A stretch of 64,000 nucleotides of DNA. Source: Felis catus (taxonomy: Eukaryota). Where the stretch lies: the NCBI RefSeq assembly GCF_018350175.1, contig NC_058369.1, positions 4,218,001 to 4,282,000 on the forward strand. The letters run 5' to 3'. Shown in pieces: positions 1 to 12,200 of the stretch. The notes under the pieces are model-generated. The model was not told the origin of the DNA and did no database searches. It saw nothing but the letters and a program-made list of their open reading frames with translations. Position 1 is the first letter of the stretch. Each line of letters opens with the position of its first letter. The translations under genes and the position numbers were made by a program.

Positions 1-105
1 TCTTGCTATAGCATGCATGTCTCTTAAATGCGCATCTAGATGTCTCACTTCCCGAATCCTCTCAAAAGATGCACTCACGGATCTCCTACGTGTCGTTATT
101 TTTAG

Positions 106-220
106 GTCGGCATACCAGAAGTAACATCGGCACATATCGCTGGCTCGGTGTTGCTGTTAGTAGTGGATCAAAAAGTCTATGTTTATGATTACGAAGCCAA
201 TTCCTGGAACGCATCTATAG
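106..220 (+). CDS. CATSPERD: CATSPERD exon (approx. 5)
   Basis: tttag|GTC...ATAG|gtat; [39 protein letters not shown]. Confidence 0.93.
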
Positions 221-3200
221 GTATATGTGTGGTTTTCAAAAAAATTTTGTTGGCGATCATCCGAGAACAGGTTGTTGATTTTGGAAGTACAAACAGTGCT
301 GCTCCTTGGATGTCAGCCCCTGGACATCACCTTGTTCTTTAAAATTCAAATGAAAATTGGTTACACGGTGGGAACCTAGTGTTTCTGTCCAGGATCGTGG
401 TCACGAGCCACAAAATCCCGCTCTGACTGATTGGAGTCAATGAGGGACATCAACGGGAACTGCGTGGGAGTGGATGTCAGGAAGGATCGAGGAGGGCCGA
501 GAATGGCTTGTACGCACTTGGTGACAAGCCTGGGTGATGGGAATATTCAGTCCCACCTACTGCACGTTAGGGACAGAGAACAGGAGAGAAGGTAAGCCAT
601 ATGAAGAGAGAGAAAGAAGAGAACCATCCCGTAGCATGCAAGGCGGCGAGGTCGAGAACGAAGACAAGGAAGATACTATTCTTTGGAAACGAAGGATGGT
701 TGGGTACCCATTGAGATGAGAAAGAAAGAGGTCCATCAAGGTTTCTCAACCCTACTGCTGCTGACATTTAGGGCCAGGTCATTCTCTGGGGGGAGGGGGG
801 CTGGCACCCTGGGCACTGTGGGGTGTAGGGCATCCCTGGCTCCACCCACCCCATGTCAGGAGCGCCCCTCCACCGATGCATCCTGATGCCCCAAATGTCC
901 CCAGACATCACCGAGTCCAGAGCCACCGGGCTGGTAGATCGCCATCTGGAAACCCGTTCATCTTTTGCTTCACTTGCGTTAGTTTTGGCAAAAGATTGTG
1001 GGCCCCTCGAGACGGAACCTGGCCCAGCCAGTGTGGTACCTGCCAGGTGTTTGCTGAGCCCTGGCCGGCGAGGGGCCTGCAGCCCTGAGAGGGACCGAGA
1101 AGCACAGCAGAAGAGCCACACCTTGGCTTGGCCTCTGTCTGACTTTTCTCGAGCGAGTTCCAGGGTGACCTCCGAGCACAAGGTGACCGAATACACGGAT
1201 CCCGGGTACGTGGGGGCCGTGCGCAGGCGCGGTGTGGACTGTACGTAACCCCGAGTGGGGCTGCGAACCCGACGGTAGTTCCAGGCCACAGAAACTGCTC
1301 TGACCAGCCTTGGGGCCCATCGATTTTCACATCCAAACCAAATACAGAGCTGCCTCCAGAGCATGAGCCCATCCATTCTTTACAGCACTCACTGCCCGCA
1401 GCCAAACTGCCTCCTGGCCCTCCCCGCTTCCTCCCTCCCAACTCTCCCAGGCTGGCTCCCTCTAGCTCTGCAGCCCTGTCCTCTCGCCGACCTTTGACCT
1501 TCGGTTCGGTTCTTTTCAATCTTAGCTTCATGCCTCTTTCTCCTTTGGCGGGAGGTGGTGCGGGGGAGGGAAGCATAAAATTCACATAAAAACTGGCCAT
1601 TTCCAACCATCTTAAAGGGTACAAAGTACTCGGGCATTTAGAACATTCGCAGTGTTGCACAATCGTCACCTCTGTCTAGTTCCAGAACATTCCGTCACCC
1701 CAAGAAGAGACACTCCCCCATTAGCTGGCACCTCCCCCCCCCAGCCCAGTCCCAGCCCCAGCCCCTGGCAGTCACGGTCCCCCTTCCTGTCTGTGGATGA
1801 GCCTGTGCTGGACGTTTCACACACATGGACTCACACCCCTTGCGGCTTTTTTGTATCTGGTTCCTTCCCCCAGCGTCGTGTGTTCGAGGTTCCTCCCCGT
1901 TTTAGCGGGTGTCACTGCCTCTCTCCTTTTTAAGGCTGATTAATGTTCCCCCGTGTGGATGAACCACTTTTGTTTATCCGTTCATCAGCTGGTGGACGTT
2001 CGGTTGGTTTCGTTCTCTTGGGTATTCGCGAATAGTGCTACGATGCACCTTTGTGCGTGAGTTTGTGTGTGGATGTAGGTTTTCAGTTCCCTGGGGTAAT
2101 ATAACCGAGGAGAGCAGGTGCCGGGCCATGTGGAAACTCCATGTTTTAATTTATTGAAGGAACCGTAAGGGTTCCTCGTAACATAAGTCAGTCTGCTCTC
2201 CGTCCTTCCCCTTTTCTTCATAACTTTCTTTAATAGCATCCAAAGGGCTAACTCCCCACCCTGGCTCCCACCACATACCTTCTGTCTCTGTGGACGAGAC
2301 TCCCCTGGGATCATATAAGTGAACTCATACAGGATTTGTCCTTTCGTGTCTGGCTTATTCTACTGAGCATCATGTCCCCAAGGCTCACCCATATTATAAT
2401 AGGTGCCAGAATGTTCTATCTCTTTTTTTTAAGTTTATTTATTTATTTTGAGAGAGAGAAAGAAGGCATGAATGTGGGAGGGGCAGAGAGAATCCCAAGC
2501 AGGCTCTGCACAGTCAGCACAGAGCCCAGTGCGGGGCTTAAACTCACAAACTGTGAGATCATGACCTGAGCTGAAGTCAGATGCGTAATGGACTGAACCA
2601 CCCTGGTGCCCCAGAATGTCCTGCCTTTTTAAGGCCAATTAATATTCCGCTGGGTGTATACGTGATGTTTCTGTTCACCCATTCATCTGCCGCTGGACCC
2701 CTGGGTTGCTTTCTCCATGTTTCAGTTATTGTGAATAATCCTGCCATGAAGCATGGGGGCGCGTGTGCAAACATCTCTTTGTGTCTCTGCCTTCAGTTCC
2801 TCTGGGCGTAGACCCAGAAATGGGATTTCCAGAACTCTATTTTCAATTTTTTTGAGGCACCGTCACCCTGTTTTCCACGCCACAGGCACCAGCTTACATT
2901 CTCACCAACGGTGCACAAGGGTTCCAGTCACTCCCCACCCTCGCCAACACTCGTTTGCTGTGTCTCCGATAATAACCATCCTGATGCGTGTGTGTGCTAT
3001 CTCACTGTGGTCTTGCTTTGCATTTCCCTAATGATCAGGGATGTCGAGGGCACCTTTTCATGTCTTGTTGGCCACGTGTATATTTTCCTAGGAGCTGAAG
3101 CTTCTGCTTTTAAACTAGAATCCACAAGGGGCGCCTGGGGTGGCTCAGTCGGTTAAGCGTCCGGCTTCTGCTCAAGTCAGGATCTCACGGTTCATGAGTT

Positions 3201-6200
3201 CGAGCCCCGCGTCGTCGGGCTCTGTGCTGACAGCTCAGAGCCTGGAGCCTGCTTCGGATTCTGTGTCTCCCTCTCCCTGCCCCTCCCCAGCTTGTACTCT
3301 GTCTCTCTCTGTCTGCCTCTCAAAAATAAACATTTAGGGGCGCCTGGGTGGCTCAGTCGGTTAAGCGGCCGACTTCGGCTCAGGTCATGATCTCACGGTC
3401 AGTGAGTTCGAGCCCCGCGTCGGGCTCTGGGCTGACAGCTCAGAGCCTGGAGCCTGTTTCAGATTCTGTGTCTCCCTCTCTCTGACCCTCCTCCGTTCAT
3501 GCTCTGTCTCTCTCTGTCTCAAAAATAAATAAATGTTGGGGCGCCTGGGTGGCGCAGTCGGTTAAGCGTCTGACTTCAGCCAGGTCACGATCTCGCGGTC
3601 CGTGAGTTCGAGCCCCGCATCGGGCTCTGGGCTGATGGCTCAGAGCCTGGAGCCTGCTTCCGATTCTGTGTCTCCCTCTCTCTCTGCCCCTCCCCCGTTC
3701 ATGCTCTGTCTCTCTCTGTCCCAAAAATAAATAAACGTTGAAAAAAATAAATAAATAAATGTTAAAAAAAATTTTCTTTAAAAACAAAAAACAAAAATAA
3801 ACACTTAAAATAATTAAAATAGAATCAGTGAACGCCTCGCCAAGAGAAAGGAGCCTTTCCTACCCTTTTGGCAGGGTCCTAAGAGTTCCTGCAAAGCCAG
3901 TGGTACTCAGCTCTGACGGCTGTGTCCCTCAGGTGACACTTGCCATCGTCTGGAGATACTGCCCACAACCGAGAACGATCTGGCCCCAAGTGTCAGTAGG
4001 GTCAAGGCTGAGAAACCCCGCTCTTCCCTTCTCCCTGGAAATTAGGGAACTCGTGTTTCTTATGATTTATATTTCTTTCTAAGTAGTCTCCATGCCCAGC
4101 ATGGGGCTCGAACCCACAACCCAAGCCCAAGAGTCGCATGCTCTTACAACAGCCAGCCAGACGCCCCACAAACTCGTGTTTTTGTTTTTTTGTTTTTTTG
4201 AATGCTCTTTTCCTTTTAGGTATAGAACACCCTGTTTCACATATTTCTGGTGATAATTGTTGTTACAGCGGGCATCCCTTTTGTGTGGTGAGTATACAGT
4301 GTGTAGCCTGCCCATTTTTACAGTGCTTTGAACATAGATAATTAAGAATGGAAATAAGGACAGAGTAAGCCATGAGAGCTGGCACATCAGGTCCCAGGAT
4401 GGGCTCGGGCAATGTCTCTTCTCCCCGGTTCAGGAGAGGGATCCCCTGGCTGGCAGGAATATACCCACCTTTGTTCCTTTTTTTTTTTTTAATGTTTATT
4501 TATTTTGAGACGGAAAGTGTGTGCACAAGTGGGAGCAGGGCAGAGAGAGAGAGAGAGAGCAGCAGAGAAAGAATCCCAACCTGGATCCCAACCGTGAGGA
4601 GAGCCCAATGTGGGGCTTGATGTCATGAACCACAAGATCATGACCTGAGCCGACATCAAGAGTCGGATGCTCAACAGACTGAGCCACCCAGGTGCCCCCT
4701 ACTCTCTCTCTCTCTCTTTTGTTTTAAATAAGTTTCTTCCTTTTTTAAACTTGCTATTTTGAAATAATTACAGACCCTACAAGAAGTCCCATGCCCCCTT
4801 TACCAATGGTTCTTCCAATGGTTCCATCTTATGTAACTACAGTATAAAACTAAAACTTGGGGGGGGCCCTGAGGGGGCACCTGGGGGGCTCAGTCAGTTA
4901 AGCATCCAATTTCAGCTCAGGTCATGATCTCACAGTTCGTGGGTTCGAGCCCCACATCAGGCTCTGTGCTGACAGCTTCAGATTCTGTGTCTCCCTCTCT
5001 CCCTGCCCTTCCGCCATTCATGCTCTGTCTCTGTCTCTATCTCTCTCAAAAATAAACAAACGTTAACAAAATACTAAAAACTAAAACTGGGAAAGCGACA
5101 TGGAAATAACACGTGTCTGGTTCTATGCCATGTTTGAAGTCACACGTGTGAAGTCCCAGAACTGCCACTACCCTCAAGATACTACGCTGTTCCATCACCC
5201 CAAAGCTCTCCATACATCCCTGCCCCACTGTCCCCAACCCCTGACAAACACTAAGCTGTTCTCCTTCGCTATAACCTCATCATTCCAAGAGTGTTCTATA
5301 CATGCGATCGTACGACATGTGACTCTGGGGACCAGCTCTTCTCGGCAGAATGCTCCGGAAACTCGTATTGAACCCACTCCGCTTCGTTGTTGAGTAACAC
5401 TCCACGGAGTGAACTTGGTTGTTTCCATTTTGGGGGTTATTACGAACAAAGCTGCCATGAAGGTTTCATTCTTGTGCGCACAGAAGTTTTCATCTCTAGG
5501 ATAAACACCCAGCAGTGTGATCACTGACATCTATCTCCTTCCCCCCCCCCCCCATGGAGATGTAATTGAGATACAACAATGTGTCAATTTAAGGTGCACA
5601 GTATATTGATTTGATACACGTATAGGTGGCAGTAAATGCCATCATAGCATTCACTTAACACCTCCATCACACGATTACCCTTTTTGGTGTGTGGTGAGAA
5701 CAATTAAGATCTAGTCTTTTAACAACTCTGAAATTGGTAATACATGTTGTTGCCTGCCATCGCTATGCTGTGCACTAGACTCTCTAGAACGTATGTGTCT
5801 GTCAGTTGCAAGCTCCACTCTTTCTCTACTTTTAAAGAGACTGTTTTATGGGGCACCTGGGTGGCTCAGTCCGTTAAGCGTCTGACTTGATTTCGGCTTA
5901 GTTCATGACCTCAGGGTTTGTAAGTCTGAGCCCCGTGTGGGGCTCTGTGCTGACAGCACTCAGCCTGCTTGGGATTCTCTCCCTCTCTCTGCCCCTCCCC
6001 TGCTTGCTCTCTCTCTCTCTCTTTCTCAAAATAAACAAACATTTAAAAAATTTAGGAAAAAAAGTAAAGAGACTTCTATGTGTCTGTTCTTCCAGGATAT
6101 AAGTAATTCCGTGTTTGCTTATTTGCATGGAGATCAGATATCTCAGACCAATGTGTATTTCTCAAACACCCGGGGATACACATTTCAGAAGTTTGCCTAC

Positions 6201-9200
6201 GAAAGACAGGTATGTTCAATTTGGTAAGAACGTGAACAGCAAAATCAACAAATAGATATTTACCTCCTGCATGGTGGGGGTAATCAGCAGTCGCTGGGTG
6301 GCCAAGGGCTTTTCTCTCTTTAAAGAGTCCAACTGGCTGGGAGGGTAGGGGAAATTCAAGGTCCAAGGAGCTGGCTAGGGAGACTAGGGAGTTAGGAAAG
6401 GATACAAAAGGTGTTAGGTCATAGGACACTGTGGTAAAGCCACAGTAAAGGCTGCACAATAATTATGGCCCTTAACCCCAGGCCCATCCAAAGATCCGTA
6501 CCATCAGGTAACATCATCATCCCAATTATACAGACGAGAGAACTGTCCTGGGTCGAATATATGCCCCACCCTCCCCAAATTAGGTTCATCCAGAACCCCA
6601 GAGACCTCAGAGTGTAACCTTACTTGGAAACAGGGTCTTTGCAGATTTAGTCAGTCAAGATGCGGTCACACTGGACCAGGGTGGGTCCTAAATCCAAAGG
6701 GGCTGGTATCTTGTAAGAAAAGGAGAGGACACGGGGAGACCCGCACGGAGAAGAGGCCGTGTGAAGACGCAGGGAGACCCTGCAGGGGTGCGGCTACAAG
6801 CCAAGGGATGCCGAGGATTACTGGCCACCACCAGGAGCTGGAAGAGAGGTGTGGCGTGGCTTCTTCCTCAGCCTCGGCAGGAGCCGGCTCTGCCAACACC
6901 AGACTTCTGGCTTCCACAAAGGTGACGGTAAATTTCCGTGGGTTTAAGCCATCGAGCACATGGCAGCCCCAGGAAACCGATAGAGGGTTGAGGGCCCAGA
7001 GGAATGCAGGGCAGGGCTGGGATCCCAACAGCCGGAGTGGACAGGCTGCTGGGGTAGCCCAGGGGATGAGGAGATTTTGTTCTGATGCAGAGAATGGCCT
7101 CACCCCCCAAACACTCGGGAAGTATGTGCAAAGGAAGGAAGAAAGAGTCTACTCTGCTCACAAACTCTGTGTCCCAAACGCTCTTTCTCTGCCCTGCCCA
7201 GGAGTCCCAAGGGAGCCTAGAACCTAACCGACTACACACTTTCATCCGAAAGTAGGCCTAGAAGGACTCAGGGTTAACATGTGTGATTCGTTGAAAACTG
7301 TCATCACTAGAAACACCGAAAGGTAGATAGGTAGTAGATGATGGATAGATCGATAGATAGATAGATAGGTAGATAGATAGATAGATAGATAGAGATAATA
7401 GATAGATGATAGATAATAGATAATAGATAATAGATGATAAAGTGATAGATAATAAATAGGTAGATGATAGATGATAGATATATAGATAGATAGACAGACA
7501 GACTGATAATAGGAATTGGCTCACACGGTTATGCGGGCAGAGAAGCCCCCACAGTCTGCCATCCGTGAGCTGGAGAACCAGGAAGTCTGGTTGTGCTGTT
7601 CAGTCTGAAGACAAAGGCCCGAGAACCAGGGAACAGCAATTCCCAGCGTCTGAAGGCCCAAGAACCAAAAACTCTGGTGTCCAAGGGCAGGAGAAGATGG
7701 ACATCCCAGCTCGAGAAGAGAGAAAAATTCACCCTTCCTCCCCCTTTGTTCCACGTAGGCCCCCGACAGATTGGGTGATGCCCACCCAGACTGGTGAGAG
7801 TGGCCTTCTTTGTTGGGTCTACTGAATTGAATGCTAATCTCTTCCAGAATCACCCTCACAGACACACCCAGAGATAATGTTTTACCGGCTCCCTGGGCAT
7901 TCCTTAGCCCCGTCCAGCTGACACATACAACGAACCAACACGAGTCCACCCCTGGTCAGCTTGGCATCCATACACATCTCCGTACTTCATCTCCAAATAA
8001 AGACACTGACAAGGTCGTCATTCTGCCCAACACAATACAACTATCCTAAGTACAACCAAAAATGCACTCCTCCCCTCTCCAGGGGAGAAGGTCAAGTTCT
8101 AGGTGATGTTTACTCTTCTCCGCGATGTCCCCTTCACTCAAACACCAATTATTAATACAGTAGTCTTCCCGCTGTGTGTGCGCGCATGCGTGCATGTGTG
8201 GTTATTGTTATTTTTGTGCCGAAGGGCTGAGATTCCAAGCAATCGTGATTCATCCCCTTGGGGTTCTGCCAGCAGGGAAGGAGTCGGCGTGTCTGGTGGG
8301 GAGCTGATGGGCAACTCCTGCCAGGTGGGATGGATTGACTGCCTGCTTTGGTCAGCTTGGGCCACCACAACAGACCCCACGGACTGGGTGACTCAAGCAA
8401 CAGACATTCATTTCTCCTAGTTCTAGAGGCTGCAAAGTCCAAGATCGAGACACTGGCAGATTCAGCCCTTGGTGAGGGCTCTCTTCCTGGCTCACAGATG
8501 GCCACCTTCTTACTGTGTCCTCACACAGAGAAGAGAGAACACCCTAGTGTCTCTTACGAGGAAGCTAACCCCATCATCAGGGCTCCACTCTTATGACCTC
8601 ATCTAAACCTAATTACCTACCCGAGGCCCCACCTGCAAGGACTATCCCATCGGGGTTGCTGGTTTGAATGTTTGTGTCCCTCCCCCCAAAATGTATGTGC
8701 TGCCATTCTAGTGCTTTATGTGATGGTATTAGGAGGTGGGCCTTTGGGAGCATTTAGATCATGAGGGTGGAGTCCCCATGATTGGGATTAGTGCCCTTAT
8801 AAAAGAGGAGACCACAGAGAGCTTGCTAGCCTCCTTCTGCCATGTGAGGACACAGCAAGAAGACTGTAACCCAGAAGGGCCTTCACGTGACCCATGCTGG
8901 CACCTTGACCTCAGATTTGCAGCCTTCACAACTGTGAGCAATAAACTTCTGTTGTTTATAAGCTACTGCGTGGCATTTTGGCCAAAATGCACTAAGCAGC
9001 CAAACTGTCCATTAGCAGCCAAAATGGACCAAGACGGGGGGTTATGACTTTAACATGCGAATTTGGGGGGGGGGGGACACAATTCAGTTCATGGCACTGT
9101 CTATACTAGAAAATTCCCCTTAATAACTTAAGAGGCTTAAATAAAATAATAGTCTTTCTCTCTCTTACCTGGAGATGTCTGGAGGCAGCCAGCTGTGTTG

Positions 9201-12200
9201 TCCCATTGCCCCTAGGTTAGGGCCCTTGGGTGACCTCATGCCTCCACTTGGCTTCCAGACACTTTGCTGACCAACCAGAAATCAGGCATGAGGAACCAAG
9301 GCAGGACGGAATGATTTAGGCAAGCATCTGGCAATCTGGGTCACGCCACTTCCCCCAGCACCCCCCAAACAAGGCTGCCTTCATTCAAGTTTCTGTCCCA
9401 CATGCTACATTTCCCTAGAGGGGAAATAGACCAGAACAAAATAGACTTTCCTTCATTTTAGCTTATTAGGTAATCTGGAGCTAAAATCAAACACGTTAAT
9501 GATTTCTTCATATGTGGTGTGTTTCTGTTTGTTTCACAGGCAGAACTAGCCGGGTCTTTGGGTGGGGTCTTCTACTTTCACTCCTTGTCACAGGTTGGGC
9601 TGCTTCTCATTGACCAAGGGAAGGTGAGTAGCTTTGGACGGGGATGAAAGACTTAACTGACCTTTGCCCGAAGCCAGGTTTTCGATAAAACTCACACACT
9701 TGGATTTTCATGTCTGAAATCCATCTAGCTTTTCATTTACCTGCCTATCCATGTATCCATCTACCTATCCATCCATCCATCCATCCATCCATCCATCCAT
9801 CCATCCACCTATCCTGCCTACTTATCCATCCATCCCTTCATCCATCCACCCATCCATCCCTCCATCCATCCATCCATCCATTTACCTACTTGTCCATCCG
9901 TCCATCCATCCATCCATCCATCCATCCATCCATCCATCCACCTATCCTGCCTACTTATCCATCCATCCCTTCATCCATCCATCCATCCCTTCATCCATCT
10001 ACCCATCCATCCATCCCACTATTCCTCTACTCACCCATCCATCCATCCATCCATCCATCCATCCATCCATCCATCCATCCACCTACCCATCCATCCCTCC
10101 ATCCATCCATCCATCCATTTACCTACTTGTCCATCCATTCATCCACCCACCACTCCACCTACCTACTCAGCCGTTCATCCATCCATTTGCCTACCTATGC
10201 ATCCATCTACCCACCTACCCACTCACACACCCACCACCCATCTCCCCCCGCATTCATGTGTCCACTCCGTCATGCACTTGGCAGTATTTAAGTGGTGTCC
10301 AGGAGGTGCTAAGCACTGTGCTGAACACTAGGGATACAATACAAGGTGTGGTGCATGTGTCACTGTCCGCGCAAAAGATCGTCTTAAATGTTTCATGTTG
10401 AACTATTGGCTAAAGATTATTTTCACGTGTATTCAGAAACTTGGCATATGAAACAGATATCACAGATACCCTGTAGAATAAGACTGGAAAGTGCATTTGA
10501 AGAAAAAAATATTAAGTCAGAAAAAGATTGGGTACAGTCAGTACCCAGGCATTTCAGATACTGTAAGTGGGATGTACAGCTCTGTGGTTCAGGGGAGCCC
10601 TGCTGTGAGGAAGCTTCCAGAATTTGGGCTGACCTCCGTGGCTGAAAGCCCCTCACCCCCTGATCAGGTGCGTGGTCCCGTCCCCACGTGAGTGCCCTCA
10701 TTAGCATAAGGTTCCCTGGGCCGTGCGTCGCTCTGGAGTGAGTGCGGTGGTGTCCACGTGGTTACCACCTGCACACGATTTCTCAGGCCTGCCTACCCAC
10801 AATCCCAGAGGCTTTGGCTGGCAGGTGTCTACACTAGGGGTTTGCTCGCTGCACATTTGCATTCCTCGCCACTGGGCCCTTGACCCCAGGTCTCTGTCTG
10901 TAGTCCAGCTGAAGTCTGTTGAGGTGCCTTGACCACAGCCTCCTTAAGGAGAAGGAAGAAACCAGCAGGGCACATCTCTCTGCTTGGTACTCAGTACTCA
11001 GTACTCAGTGCTCAGTGGTTTTCCGCTCCTGGCTTCCCTTCCCCCTGGCCCCTGAGTGCCTGAAACTTTAGGAGCCTTTGGTTTGGGGCTCCCTCTGCAG
11101 TGAGGGGAGCCCCTCACCTGACCCCACGGCCCTCAACATGGGGGAGGGGTGGCCGGGAGCTCTGCGCTGTCTCTGGCCTCCCCTGTCAGCGATTCAAGTC
11201 TGACCCCCTTCGTGTTTGCTGTGTTGTCTTAGTTGGCTCCTCTGCCATCCGGCAGCCCAGCCCGGGGACAGGGGACCGGAGCCAGCCGGCGTATTACACA
11301 GGGGGCCTGGGTCGGGCCCGATGCGCGCTCACAGGCCCAGTGGGTCATGCAGACGGGCCTGGCCCCCGTGTCCTCGAGGTGGGGGCACTGGGGGCCGCGT
11401 GCCATCCATCCTGCCCTGAGCGCTGTGTCTCTGGCAGCCCAGAGGGAGGGGGCAGGGCTCTTCTGCCTCGGCCCTGTGTGCCCTGTGGCAGGAATAGTTC
11501 TTTGGGGCCATCCCAGGCGCTGTGGGTATGGAACAGCACCCCCGCCTTGTCCACTCCACGCCAGGAGCTTCCCCAGTCCCGACTGCCCCACACGTCCCAG
11601 ACATCGCCCAGTGTCCCCTGGGAGCAGGGCCGCCCCAATGAGAACCACTGGCCCCGATAATAAGGCTTGAAGGAAGCCCCAGTGACCAAGCTCGCGGACG
11701 CCCTCGACCCAGTGACTCCTTCTGTCACCCCCCGGGATTCAGCGATCTCTTTCTCTCAGGCTATGTTCAGCTACTCAGAACACCCCCTGAACCGCAGTTT
11801 GGGGCTGCCCTTTGACTACAACGGGACCCTTGACATCCTCATCACCCCGGGCCAGAAAGGCATTCTGATCTTCTGGTTTGAGAAGAGCCTGTTGGTTTCT
11901 GGAAACGCAGGTGAGCGAGGCCCGGGCTTGGGGCCGCCCTCGGTGTCCCCACGGTGTCCCCTCGGGTGGGGAAAGCACAGCGGGTTTTTCTCTCCCTTGG
12001 CTTGAGCAGACTGGGACCAACCCATTCCCACTGTGAGCCCTCACTGTGTCCAGCACCCCACCACACCCCATTTCCTGCCTCCTCTAGTCTTTAGGGCCAT
12101 GCGGGCAGGTTCTGAAAGTCACCCCTCACCCCAGTCACCTAGGACAACCCTGGTCTTCCAACCAGGAACCACGGGTTCACGACTCTGGGACGTGGCTCAG

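Noticed and set aside
3128..3763. Tandem repeats as a CRISPR array or tRNA cluster
   Set aside because: These are tRNA-derived Can-SINEs with (CT)n and poly-A tails in a mammalian genome; there are no cas genes or full cloverleafs.
9710..10401. 193- and 216-aa HPSI-repeat ORFs
   Set aside because: Translations of a (CCAT)n microsatellite.
10988..11017. (TACTCAG)n 7-mer tandem repeat
   Set aside because: Short slippage repeat with no sign of function.
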